20,000 bases of DNA from Craspedostauros australis (taxonomy: Eukaryota). The notes under the pieces were generated by a model. The model had not been told where the DNA came from. It was given only the letters and a program-made list of their open reading frames with translations, and did no database searches. The stretch covers positions 45,052 through 65,051 of the forward strand of contig JALAGF010000679.1 of the NCBI GenBank assembly GCA_030167865.1. The letters run 5' to 3'. The translations under genes were made by a program, and so were the position numbers. Positions 1-10,151 of this stretch are shown in pieces; the first letter of the stretch is position 1; each line of letters opens with the position of its first letter.

Positions 1-2097
1 TGGCTTCGATGCGAATCCTTCATCCGTCTTCAGATCCGCCAAGGTGTACTTGTTCACGAAGGTGCGTTTGCTTTTGGTGACGGCCTTGCCCTCTGCTGGC
101 GGCGAGATTGGTTCCGCGACTGGCTCCAGCTCGTGCTCGATCCATTCGTCACCATCAATCCCGGTCCAGCCCACGGGCCACTCCTTGGCCGGGTAGTTGC
201 CGACGGGGTACGTCCATCCCTGCATGGAATCCTTGCGTTCCAACCAGCTGTACCAAGAGTCATCCATGGAATGTCCGAGGTACCCGCGCATGCGGTTGAT
301 GTAACCAGTGAAAGTGGAGAACCACGTGCCAGCGAACTTCCTGCCATGACTCGCCACGATGGTGTCGATCATGCCGAGGTAGTACTTGTCCAGATCCTCC
401 AAACCTGCAATCTCCCAGTAATCATCGAGGAAACGGACAGGATTGTGCTCCTTGATGGGATCGAAGAAGGTCTTGTTGCGTTCGTCAGTCGCGATGAAGA
501 TGGTCTCGCCTGGCTGCCACAGCTCCTTGGTGTTCTCGTACCACTCTTCCGCAGGCAGCTTGACCATCTTGTACTGGAAGTCGCCTCGGCGGATGTGCAT
601 CGACGACCATCTGCCATACCCCGCATCTTCGTTCAGTGCGTGGACGATCTTGCCTGCCGCGCAGAAGATCTGGTCCTTGTAGTGCAGGTAGTCCCTGACG
701 AAGCGCTTGTAGAAGTTGTCAATGACGGGATCTGTGAAGTACATGAAGGTGTAAAAGTGCTGCAGGATGCGATGCTTCATGTTCGCCGCGTCCCAATGAA
801 TGAGCTTGGCGTCACGCAGCTCCTTGTCGAGGTAGTGGATCTTGCGCTTCTCGCCGCAGAAGCGTTGAATGGCCTCCTTGACTTCGCCGTCAGGTTCCTC
901 CTCCGTCTCGAGGTATTGCTTGTCAAAGATGAAGCAGCTCTTGGAGCCGGACATATCCGGTTGCATACCCTTTTCTCTCAAGACCTCGTGCAGAATTTCG
1001 CAGGAGATCTCGGAAGTCGGGTTGTGCAGGCACTTCTCCGCCACAGGCCTGAGCTTTTCCATGCCTTCGTCGTCGAGGCCCAGAATGCCCATGCCCTCCT
1101 TTTCCAGAAATTCGGACATGGTGATGACCTTGACCCTGTTTTGGAACTCCGGCGTGTGGATCGGGAAGAAGTTGCCGAACGATTTGACGTTCTCCTTGCC
1201 GGTTCCCAGCAGGTAGAACGGAGCCTTGGGCGGCAACACCAAGGTGCGTCCCGAGACGGCAGCAAGCACGAAAATGATCTCCATGCTCATGCGGATGTTG
1301 TTCCAGCCACCTGGATCCGCCTCAAAGGTCAAGTAGGACCCCGGTTGCGACAGGAAGGGACTGATGAATTCTTCATCGCGCTTGCCCTGCGGACTGTTCC
1401 AGTACGCGATGTCATCCACGTTGATGTCGCACTCGATGTGACCTGGTGCAGCACCCACCAACGCTGGCGTTTTGGACATGGGCAATCCTGACACGCCACG
1501 GGCCAGCTGTTGCTTGGGTGCTGTCTTCACGATGCCAGTGTCTGTATTCTCGTTCACCTTATTCTCATTGTTGTTGTTCTCAATGTTCTCAATGTTCTCA
1601 TTGTTGTTGTTGTCGTCGCCGGTGTTACTGATGACATTGTTGCTTTCCTGATCACCGACCACCGCATTATCCTCTGCAGGAGCAGCAACGGTGACAGCAG
1701 CAGCATTATTCGCCGGTACTTGCTGTGAATCAGCGTTGACCCTCTCCGGAAAGGTCTTCGCGTGCGCTTGATGTCTGAAAGACGCACCTGCCTTGTCGGA
1801 TAGCTTCTGCTCCTTCCTGATGGCCTCCCTCAGTTGCTGCGATCTCTTGACCATGGCATCCAGCGAGGCTGGAGCGTGGAAGTGCTTCGAATTGCCGCTG
1901 CTGCTGTGCTCCAAGAGCAGCACGGGCAGGAACGTGGTGAAGGCGAGTATCAAGGCTCCCACGGCCACCATGGTGATCTTGGGCTTCGTCCATTTCGTGA
2001 CCAGGTGCGTGGGTACCTCCTTCTGCGGTCCGCGCACCGCCCGTTTCGACCTGTACTTCGCCCTCGGCCTCGGGGCGTTCATCAGGGACGACAACAT
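1..2097 (-). CDS. GDP-fucose protein O-fucosyltransferase-family glycosyltransferase (type II membrane), 3' end beyond window
   Basis: Manual translation from ATG at 2097 (in-frame TAA shortly upstream) is open for 699 codons to position 1. Basic N-tail, one TM helix (ITMVAVGALILAFTTFLPVLLL), Asn-rich stem, then YLTFEADPGGWNNIRMSME..GRTLVLPP, SMHIRRGDF, IFIATDE, GTWFSTFTGYINRMR, typical of O-FucT/GT-B fucosyltransferases. Not in the ORF track, presumably because no stop lies in the window. Confidence 0.88.
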   Translation of the reverse strand, partial: MLSSLMNAPRPRAKYRSKRAVRGPQKEVPTHLVTKWTKPKITMVAVGALILAFTTFLPVLLLEHSSSGNSKHFHAPASLDAMVKRSQQLREAIRKEQKLSDKAGASFRHQAHAKTFPERVNADSQQVPANNAAAVTVAAPAEDNAVVGDQESNNVISNTGDDNNNNENIENIENNNNENKVNENTDTGIVKTAPKQQLARGVSGLPMSKTPALVGAAPGHIECDINVDDIAYWNSPQGKRDEEFISPFLSQPGSYLTFEADPGGWNNIRMSMEIIFVLAAVSGRTLVLPPKAPFYLLGTGKENVKSFGNFFPIHTPEFQNRVKVITMSEFLEKEGMGILGLDDEGMEKLRPVAEKCLHNPTSEISCEILHEVLREKGMQPDMSGSKSCFIFDKQYLETEEEPDGEVKEAIQRFCGEKRKIHYLDKELRDAKLIHWDAANMKHRILQHFYTFMYFTDPVIDNFYKRFVRDYLHYKDQIFCAAGKIVHALNEDAGYGRWSSMHIRRGDFQYKMVKLPAEEWYENTKELWQPGETIFIATDERNKTFFDPIKEHNPVRFLDDYWEIAGLEDLDKYYLGMIDTIVASHGRKFAGTWFSTFTGYINRMRGYLGHSMDDSWYSWLERKDSMQGWTYPVGNYPAKEWPVGWTGIDGDEWIEHELEPVAEPISPPAEGKAVTKSKRTFVNKYTLADLKTDEGFASKP
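1556..1617. repeat. Low-complexity coding repeat (Asn/Glu-rich: DDNNNNENIENIENNNNENK) in glycosyltransferase stem
   Basis: Repeated ttctcaatg/ttctcattg units and (ttg)n runs visible in sequence. Confidence 0.7.
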
Positions 2098-2582
2098 GTC
2101 TGCTGTTACAGTCGCAAGTATGGGATAATATTATAAAATATAATAGTATGCACTGTGCCAATACTCTCCTGGTGTACGTATGGCACGATCGTACAACTAT
2201 AGTATGAGAATGCACTGCTCCCAATCTGCTCTGCGTTGCAACATGGAAATGACACCCCAACCACCAAGGAAAATGCCAAACACAAAGGAGAGGCGTTGAG
2301 AATTTGTGCCGTTTGTGTCCAGAAAAGTCATCGCAACGGATTGCTTCGGTGGTAGTATAACCACGACTGATAATTCGTGAATCAACGCTTCACTTTGTCT
2401 TGAACCTATTAGTGATTGTTATTACATTTTCGCCGGAGCTCCAGTATTATTTCAATGTCTCCCCAAATTGTGACGATTTTCAACAATGTTCACGAAACTG
2501 CATGTTGGTTCAGCGGAGGCTCTAATCTCACTTTTACTTCTGCGCGTACATCATATTATACCTGGAAGTGTGTAAAGCTGAT

Positions 2583-5500
2583 CTACAATTCATCCTCTTC
2601 TGGTTCTTCTTCAGCGGACTTAACCTCCTCGGTGGATTCCTCCTTCGCTGGTTCTGCCTCCTCCTTGGTTTCGGCATCGGCATCGGCATCAGCATCGGAC
2701 TTGGCCTCGGCGGCAGGCTCCTCGTCGCTGGCCTTGCCGTCAGCATCAGCATCCGTGGCGTTCTTCTTCTCGGCCTCCTCTGGCTTCTTGGCTGGCTTTG
2801 GTTTTGGCTTCTTGCTCAGCTTCGTCACCAACTTCTCGATGGACTTGGTCTGGGTTGGAACATCGTTGCTGGTGAAGGCCGGGTCTTCGTGCGGGGCCTT
2901 CTCAGCCTGAGCGGCCTGCTGCTCCTCGATCCACTTCCTGGCGTCGGACACCTTGGCGAGTACGTCGGATCGCTCCTCGTCGGTGACCTGCGGCTTCTCG
3001 TCGGCCCACTTGGTCATGAGGCTCTCGACCTTGGCCAGCTTCTTCTCGAGGGCCTTGATGGCAGCCGGGCGGTCCGTCAGCTCGGAGGCGCGGAACCACA
3101 CCTTGCTGGCCGGTCCGGAGATCTCGGCGTACTTGGCCTGCATCACGGCGAGGTCGGCACCATCGGCGTCGTAGAGCCATTCCTCCGCATCCTCGGCGAT
3201 CTTGCTCAGCTCCGCGCGCTGTTCTTCGGTGGAGACCTTGTTGACGAGCTCCTCGTCATCGATGAGCTTGTTGCGGATGTAGTAGATGTAGCTCTCGACC
3301 TTGTTCTTCGCTGCCTCGAGCAGCATGCGCTCCTCGTCCTTGCGGTCCAACTCGACCATCTTGGCCTTGGATTCTGCCATGATCTCGGCGGAGTATGGCT
3401 GCACCTTGCCGACGTAGTACTTGACGACATCGAGCTTCTTCTTGTGGACGCGTTTCTTTTCCTTTCGCATGAACGCAGGTTTTTTTATGCGGAGACCAAA
3501 CAAATTCTTTTTTCAGATCAGTACTGGTGTCCTCATTCGTTCATGCATTCAACAGTTGATTCAAATCGCTGATTCATTTGGCATCACTTGATTCAACGCG
3601 TCTCCATCCAATCAAATCCACAAATGTGCTCATCCAATCGTTGCAATTCCATTGATGGCCCTTCATCTCAAACGCATCACTTCAGCAAACTGCAATCATC
3701 ATGCATCCACCAACCATATTCACAGCCACAGTCACAGCCACAATGACCAGGCAAACGAGCATCCCACAATTTCTTACCTTCTCAACCTTGACGGTCTTCT
3801 TCTCATCCTTCTTTTTCTTGTCATCCTCGGCATCATCGCCTTCCTTCTTCTCAGCATCCTCGGCCTTGTCTTCGTCTTCCTTCTTGTCGCTGTCGTCCTC
3901 CTCGGTGGCGGTTTCGTTGTCCTTGACCTCGACCTCTTCTTCGACGGTGTAAATCTCCTCCAACGCGATTTCGGCACGCACGAGCTCAACGATGCCGCTT
4001 GTGCTCAATTCGAATTGCAGGGAGACCTTTGGCTTGCCGAGTCCCTTCTCTTCCATTTCCTTGGCAAAGGCTTCGACGCCGGTGATGTTGTATCGCTGCA
4101 GCTCGAGGGCGTCGCCTTCCGGGAAGTTCTCGGCCTCATCGTAGGCCAAGGCGCAGTGCACATCCTGATCGTGCGTGAAGGCGATCGTCTTCTTGACGCC
4201 GACGCGACCCAGGGCCTTGAACATGGTGGCCTGCTTGGCCCACACCTCTTCGTCTTCCGAGGCTGGTTCCTGCGGTGTGAGGTCGCTCAGTGCGAGACCG
4301 ATGGCGAATGGGTTGACGTCGGTGAGACCCACGTGTCGCACGCGGAAGGCGGTGGAGACGTTGGCACCGAAGAAGGCGGCGCCCAGCGCCATACTCTCAT
4401 CGGAGTTGATGTGCATACCGAGCTCCTTGCCGTTCAAGGCGGCGGAGAGGTCGGCCTGGATCTTGGGCACGCGCATGGCACCGCCGATCATTTCGATTTC
4501 ATCGACGTCGTCGAGGGTGAGTTCGGCCAAGGCAAGAGCATCGGTCACTGGCTTCACGGCACGTTCCATCAAATCAGCACACAGCTCTTCCAGTTTGTTG
4601 CGGGAGACATGGAGGGACAGGGTGATGTCGTCGTAGAGGGAGTCCATGTGGACCGGGATGTCCTGGTTGGCGGACAGCACGTGCTTGACCTTGTTGGCCT
4701 GCAGACGGATCTTGGTCATGGCGCGCGGGATGTCGCGGATGTCCTTGTCGTGCTTGCGTGCGCTGCGCCATTTCTCGTTGAAGGTGTCGGCGAAGTATTC
4801 GACCAGCCGGTTGTCCAGGGCGTTGCCTCCGAGGGTGGCATCCCATCCCTTGGCGAGGACCTCGATGGAACCCACTCGCTTCATCTTTTTGCTGTACTTG
4901 GATTCCGGGATCTCGTAGGAGTGGTACTTGACCAGCGACACCTGCAGCGAGCTGGCTCCCAAGTTGTAGAATAGGTAAATCTGCGGCTCCTCGAGAACCT
5001 TGCCCATTCCGAAGTTGAGGGCGGCGGCCGTGTTTTCGTCGATGAGACCCAGCACGTTGAGGCCGGCGAGTTCCGCAGAATCCAGCATGGCCTGACGCTC
5101 GTACTGCGTGGCGAAGGATGGAATGGTGAGGACGCAGTCGCGGATCTCGCCCAACGCGGCGCCCTTCTCGATGCCGTAGGCCTTGGTGATTTCCTTGGCA
5201 TGACCGAAGACCATGGCGGTGAGTTCCTCCGGCGTGAAGGAATCCTTCTTGTCGACAATGAGGTCCAATCCCTTCCTCGTCTCGTTGTACACCGGAATCA
5301 ATGGCATATGGCGCTCCGTCAAGACCTAACATGTGATTGCGTGTGTGCGTGTGTGCGGTCGAATATTTGGTTGAATATGTGAATGGCAGGTGGAGCACGA
5401 TGGCGTGTAGTTGTGTGAGTGATGATGCCAGTCATAATGCGAATATTGCACAAGATCATCTCTGGAGAGACGAGAGCATGTTGCACTTCTTTTCACTGAA

Positions 5501-5894
5501 ACGCACTGCACTGCACTTCACTTCATTCCACCCTTGTTGGAGTACACTCCATGACAGTCACCAAACGTACCTGCACGGCCGGATGCGCATCATCGCGTCC
5601 CAGCATGACCGAGAAGGACCCTGGCGTCCTGGTGGGCTTGCGCGCCAAGAGACTCTTGGCATCGGCACCGTAAAAGCGGCTGCCCTGATCGAAGAGGATC
5701 ATCTGCTCCGTCTTGCGCTTGGAGTGCAGGTTGGTGACGATTTCCAACGGCGCCCCTCTCTGGACGAGGGCGACCTTCATGTACAAAGATCCCATGTCGA
5801 CTCCCAGAATTGCCTTGGCGGTCACGCAGCTGAACAGCCCGCCGGCTATGCACAGCAGCGCTGCGGCTTTGGACATTGTTGTCATTGTCGTCAT
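2583..5894 (-). CDS. HYOU1: ER lumenal Hsp70-superfamily chaperone/nucleotide exchange factor HYOU1 (GRP170/ORP150/Lhs1), 3 exons, about 916 aa
   Basis: Exons 5894-5571, 5325-3778, 3461-2583 (both introns phase 0). Signal peptide (SKAAALLCIAGGLFSCVTA), ILGVDMGSLYMKVA, IVTNLHSKRKT, IDENTAAALNFG, EMIGGAMRVPKIQ, INSDESMALGA, acidic insertion, AKNKVESYIY, C-terminal EDEL. Start could be 5894, 5885 or 5876. Confidence 0.93.
3462..3777 (-). other. HYOU1 intron 2 (about 316 nt; acceptor uncertain)
   Basis: AAG|GTAAGA donor; AAG|GAA acceptor gives KTVKVEK-EKKRVHKKKL; alternative in-frame AAG acceptors exist. Confidence 0.7.
5326..5570 (-). other. HYOU1 intron 1 (245 nt)
   Basis: CAG|GTACGT donor and TTAG|GTC acceptor join HPAVQ to VLTERH in frame. 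Confidence 0.88.
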
Positions 5895-6270
5895 TCTTGC
5901 AGAGTGGAGCAGTCGAATGCCAACTCGTTTCTTCCTGTTGCTCTTGCTGTTGCTCTTGGTCGTATCGTATCGTATGGGACTCCGCTTTGGCTGGAGAATT
6001 TGTGAATTCTCGCAACCTTATCGAGCAGTTGCGCAAGTATTCCTGTTTGGATGCAGTGGTGGAGGAATGAGTGGAAGGATGCGATGTGGCGGATCGAATC
6101 GATGATGGTCGGCGCTGTTCCGATCCCAACAGTCACAAACTTGAACCCAACGCTTCTCGTGTGCGTGGGTTGTGCCGCTGTGTGTCGTGGCATTGTTGCC
6201 GTTCTCAGTGGTTCCATCGAGCACGACGTGTGCAGTTTTGCCACATGACGAAAACGTGCGGTGATGGAAT

Positions 6271-6302
6271 GATGACGTGACTAATCCACGTGATTCGATT
6301 GG
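6271..6302. promoter_or_regulatory. Putative ER-stress element cluster: UPRE-like GATGACGTGA, G-box CCACGTG, CCAAT box
   Basis: GATGACGTGA 6271-6280, CCACGTG 6286-6292, ATTGG 6298-6302, about 380-410 nt upstream of the HYOU1 start. Confidence 0.45.
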
Positions 6303-6859
6303 GCAACGGCTCCAGGCAAGACGCGTGGAGTTTTTATGCTCCGTTGAGTCGAGGAGCCGATCTTCCAAGAAACAAGAATCTGGATGTCGCTTCACCGTGT
6401 GCCATACGGTCATTTCTTATGCTGTTTAATTTGGATGTAGGACAGACGTAGAAGTGACACAGTTGAACACGAAGCGGTCTAAACATCGAGGATAGATTTG
6501 TATCGTTTCATTTCATCTCAAGATGACATGGAGTGGAGTACTATACATTTGTATAGTTTTACTTGCATTCAGTGCCTCCTCAGCAAGATGACAAGCACAG
6601 GAAGTATGGAAACGCAAGCACTGTTCATTGCTGCAAAGCAGTTGTCTTCATTCCCAACACAGTGTTGTGTCTGATTGGATGGGAATCTGTTGGTGTTGAA
6701 ACGCAGTTCGTTGGAAGAAACAGGATCTTCTTTGCCATCACCATCATCATCATCACTGGATTCGTCGGCACCACAAGCAACACACAAACAGAAATTCCAT
6801 CGCTGAGTGGCAACGCACTTCATTACATCACAGCTTGATATCATAGCCATCGCCACCGC

Positions 6860-6884
6860 TACCACCACCACCACCACCACCACC
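6860..6884. repeat. (ACC)n microsatellite in 5' region of thioredoxin-like gene
   Basis: About 8 tandem acc units. Confidence 0.8.
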
Positions 6885-6914
6885 AATACATAGCGTTGCC
6901 ATCACCAGCTTGCC

Positions 6915-7676
6915 ATGAAGACAGTCGCCCCAATGTTTCGTTGCCTCCTTCTCGTCTCGATATCTGCGTCTCTGCTGTCGACATCATCGGCATGGAGCAC
7001 CCCACAGCAGCACCAACAGAGGCATGCCGCTCGTTTCATTCAACATGATGTGACCACCAAAGCCATCGAAAATAGCAGTGACAATGATAGTGGTGGCACG
7101 GCTCATTCCAGACGCATGTGGATGCGAAGTATCGCCACCGGCGCACTGGGCGTCGCGACCTCCCTCGCGACGACGACATCACCCGATGCCAACAACCCAC
7201 GGCGCCGCGGTGGATTCGTGAAGTCCGCTTCGGCCGCACCACCGATCGCGGTCATCGCCGAAGAGCTGGGGTACTTCCCCGTGCAGAACAAGGATGGTCA
7301 GGTGCAGTACATCCCCAAGAAGATTGCCAGAGCATCGACCGATCAGGCCGTGCAGCTGGCCAAGACGATGCAGCAGCAGGGCGTGACGATGTACGGGGCG
7401 TACTGGTGCCCGCATTGCGCGCGGCAGCGTGAGGTCTTTGGCAAGGAGGCGTGGTCGTACATCAACTACGTCGAATGCTCTCCCAAGGGATTCGGCTTTC
7501 AGGGCATGTGCAGCAACGTCGATGGTTATCCGACGTGGAAGAGAAAGACCGGACGGGACATCATCAGCGGCGAAACCTCGTTGGAGGCGTTGGCAAAGGC
7601 TGTTGGCTTTGCTGGGTTCGACCCTGCCCTCGAGGATCCTGTTCCCTTGGTCGGGTCAACCTGCAAGATACGATGA
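6915..7676 (+). CDS. Plastid (probably thylakoid-lumen) thioredoxin-like protein related to the Trx domain of LTO1/cyanobacterial VKOR-Trx
   Basis: Signal peptide ending SSA|W (ASAFAP-type), transit region, SRR + hydrophobic stretch, ASA|A, then TMYGAYWCPHCARQREVFGKEAW..INYVECS..C..VDGYPTW. Confidence 0.85.
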   Translation: MKTVAPMFRCLLLVSISASLLSTSSAWSTPQQHQQRHAARFIQHDVTTKAIENSSDNDSGGTAHSRRMWMRSIATGALGVATSLATTTSPDANNPRRRGGFVKSASAAPPIAVIAEELGYFPVQNKDGQVQYIPKKIARASTDQAVQLAKTMQQQGVTMYGAYWCPHCARQREVFGKEAWSYINYVECSPKGFGFQGMCSNVDGYPTWKRKTGRDIISGETSLEALAKAVGFAGFDPALEDPVPLVGSTCKIR

Positions 7677-8014
7677 GATGACATGAGATGAGATAAGATG
7701 AGGCTGGAGCGGACAGAACTGGAGTACCATGCATTGACTGCAATCGACAAGAGTCGAGCGCTAACTATCCCACTGTCAGTTGTGAGACAGCGAGCCATGC
7801 GAGTACTCGTAGCCAAATTACCACACTCCACACGCGATTGTTTCCATTCAACATCAATGTCGTTTTCGCGGTTCGTGTGATATTGTTCCTGTTGTTGCTG
7901 CTGCTGCGAAACTCGCTGCTGATGATCTCACAATACGTTCCTATTGTCCACAGTTCATGCATGCATGCATACATGCACGCAAAGTATTGCTCTACTATAT
8001 TCCGTGGTGATGGT

Positions 8015-9171
8015 TTAGTTGGCCTCATCCAGGTAATCTTGGATCTGCTCAGGCGTCAGCACGCTGAACTTGCCATCTGACTTGACGATGCCGACCTCGA
8101 TGTTGTCTGCCTTCATTTCACCCTCGAATCCTTCACGCAGCGTCAGCAAGGCGGTGTGGATGGCATCCTCCAGCTCCATCACGTCTGTGGATCGTCGCTC
8201 CAGGAAGTTCTTGGCATTGACGTAGTTTCTTCCGATCGCAGTGGCCTTCCACGAGAAGTACGCGCCGGAGGGATCCACCTGATACAGCCGAGGCGTTCCG
8301 TCTCCGTCGAGACCTCCAACCAACAACGAAATGCCGAATGGTCGAACACCTCCGCGCTGAGTGTATTCTTGCATGACGCCGGCGATGTCCTTCACAAGCT
8401 GCGATATCGGCTGCACCTCGCGGTACGTTCGGAAGTAGGCCTGCGACGACTTCCGCGCACGTTGGACTGTGACGAGGAACACAAAATGGCGATGTATGGT
8501 GCAGTAGGATAGCGTAGGAGAGCACAAGGTAGAATAGAGAATAGAATAGCGTTTGATGCACATGCGAAACGCAGTTGGCAGGGATCGAGCAGAAGGATGA
8601 GAGGGATGAGAACGTCAGGGATGGTGAGAGTGAAAGTGAATGGACAGGAATGTTTGGTGTGTGTGAGTGGGTGGATAAAGAACGAATCGTGGAGACCAAG
8701 AAGCTGAGACCACAACCCGTGACAGTGGCAATCAAAGCTTCTCAACAAAAGCAACCAAAACGGAAGAACGAGACTCAAGATGTCGAACTACACCCCATGT
8801 CTGGATGCAAACCATGGTGCCGCGACAGCTGCTTGGCAGCACCAGAACATGCAGAGTCTTTCCACCACAGCCCAGACGCATCTCAGATGCAGTGCTGCAC
8901 AGTTTTGCTCACCGATCACTCTGTAATCCGGCCCGACGCCAGCGTAGCAAATGCCAGCGGTTGGCGTGATCTTCTCCACCTTGTGCACGTTGACGACGTC
9001 GATGAGCTCGCTGGAGAGCTTCTTGTCTGTGGCGATCACAATTCCATCCTTCGCGCAGATCCCCAACGTTGTCTGCCCATTGGCCACAGCGTTCAGCGCG
9101 TACTCGATCTGCAGCAGCTTTCCAGTTCTGGAAAACGTTGTCAGCGAAAAGCTGTATGCCGAATCTCCCAT
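8015..9171 (-). CDS. PSMA2: 20S proteasome subunit alpha type-2, 2 exons, 236 aa
   Basis: Exon 1 9171-8913 ([26 protein letters not shown]...GPDYRVI), exon 2 8466-8015 ([11 protein letters not shown]...[18 protein letters not shown]...[18 protein letters not shown]...[18 protein letters not shown]). Confidence 0.96.
8467..8912 (-). other. PSMA2 intron (446 nt, phase 1)
   Basis: G|GTGAGC donor, CACAG|TC acceptor; splicing restores DYRVIVQRARK. Confidence 0.9.
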
Positions 9172-10151
9172 GATGATGATGTCTGTTGTTGGTTGCTTGT
9201 TTCTTGGGTGCTGTTCCGGAATGTGTATGCTCTTGTCGTTGGCGGATCTGTCTTTCCTTTTTGATGTGTGTTCGATGGATACCTCTCTTGGTGGATCTGT
9301 CTGCTGTGTGTTGTGTGGGGTCTTTGTGATGGTGTTTGTGTGTGTGTTTGTGTTGGTCTCGTTGTCCCAAGCGGCTGAAATCCCATCGTATCTTGTTGCG
9401 ACTGTTACCATGGTCGATGTTTCGTTTTGTTTTCTTGTGTTGGGCGAATTTCGGGTCGAAGGAGTCGCCTACGAACTCATTCGATCTGACAAGAAAACAG
9501 ACAAGTGGGGAAGTTTGAGAAGGAAACTAAAAGAGGAAAGTAATCGGACAAGACGACAGAGGACAATGAAACTCCGAAAGTCGACATTCCGAAGCGAGGT
9601 CATCGTCGCAGTCGTTGCGTACGAGACACGATACAGGTAGCTGTAGCGTGGAAGAGATTCGAATAGTGTCATACGTAGAGGACTCTAATCCTCTATTATT
9701 ATATTACGGGCATTGGGTAAACCGTTCTTGTTCGCAAGATAATACACTTCGTGGGCGGATCCGGACAGCTCCGTGTTTTGTATCGGCCACGATAGCGAGA
9801 TCCATCACGATCGTGGTCGGATAGCTACCGTCACATTTCCATTTCCGCGGACCACAACGTGCTCATCACGATGAGCAACAGTTCCACGCTGGTGGACGAC
9901 AACTGCGCACAGCCATTGCCACTCCACGAGTATCCAACAACGGGATGTAACAGAAGAAAGCTCACAATTTCGGCCAACCACCAAGCGCAATCGGCGAGTT
10001 GCCAAAGTCGACGCACTCCCTCCTTCTCGCTGGACCTTGCTCTTCGATGGGTGAGAGTACGCCTGCCCACACCAAGTATCGAATTCTCGTGTAAGTTCGC
10101 ACTCATACGAGCTACTACATCATCACTACCATTCGGCAATACAATAAAAAC

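Noticed and set aside
133..1491. 452-aa plus-strand ORF
   Set aside because: Antisense shadow of the fucosyltransferase CDS; no motifs
2568..4974. Long plus-strand ORFs 2568-3572 and 3652-4974
   Set aside because: Antisense to GC3-biased HYOU1 exons, a well-known artefact on Hsp70-family genes
2583..5894. Three separate genes suggested by ORFs 2583-3503, 3682-5322 and 5523-5894
   Set aside because: They splice in frame into one HYOU1 gene
7611..7630. tRNA T-loop-like GGTTCGA
   Set aside because: Inside a CDS, with no cloverleaf or A-box; same for GGTTCGATT near 15199
7673..7702. Imperfect (GATGA)n repeat after the thioredoxin stop
   Set aside because: Ordinary 3' UTR simple repeat; not a CRISPR or telomeric array
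8575..9640. Plus-strand ORFs 8575-9264 and 8951-9640, and the N-terminal extension of ORF 8788-9411
   Set aside because: Antisense to PSMA2 or its 5' UTR; the conserved protein starts at ATG 9171
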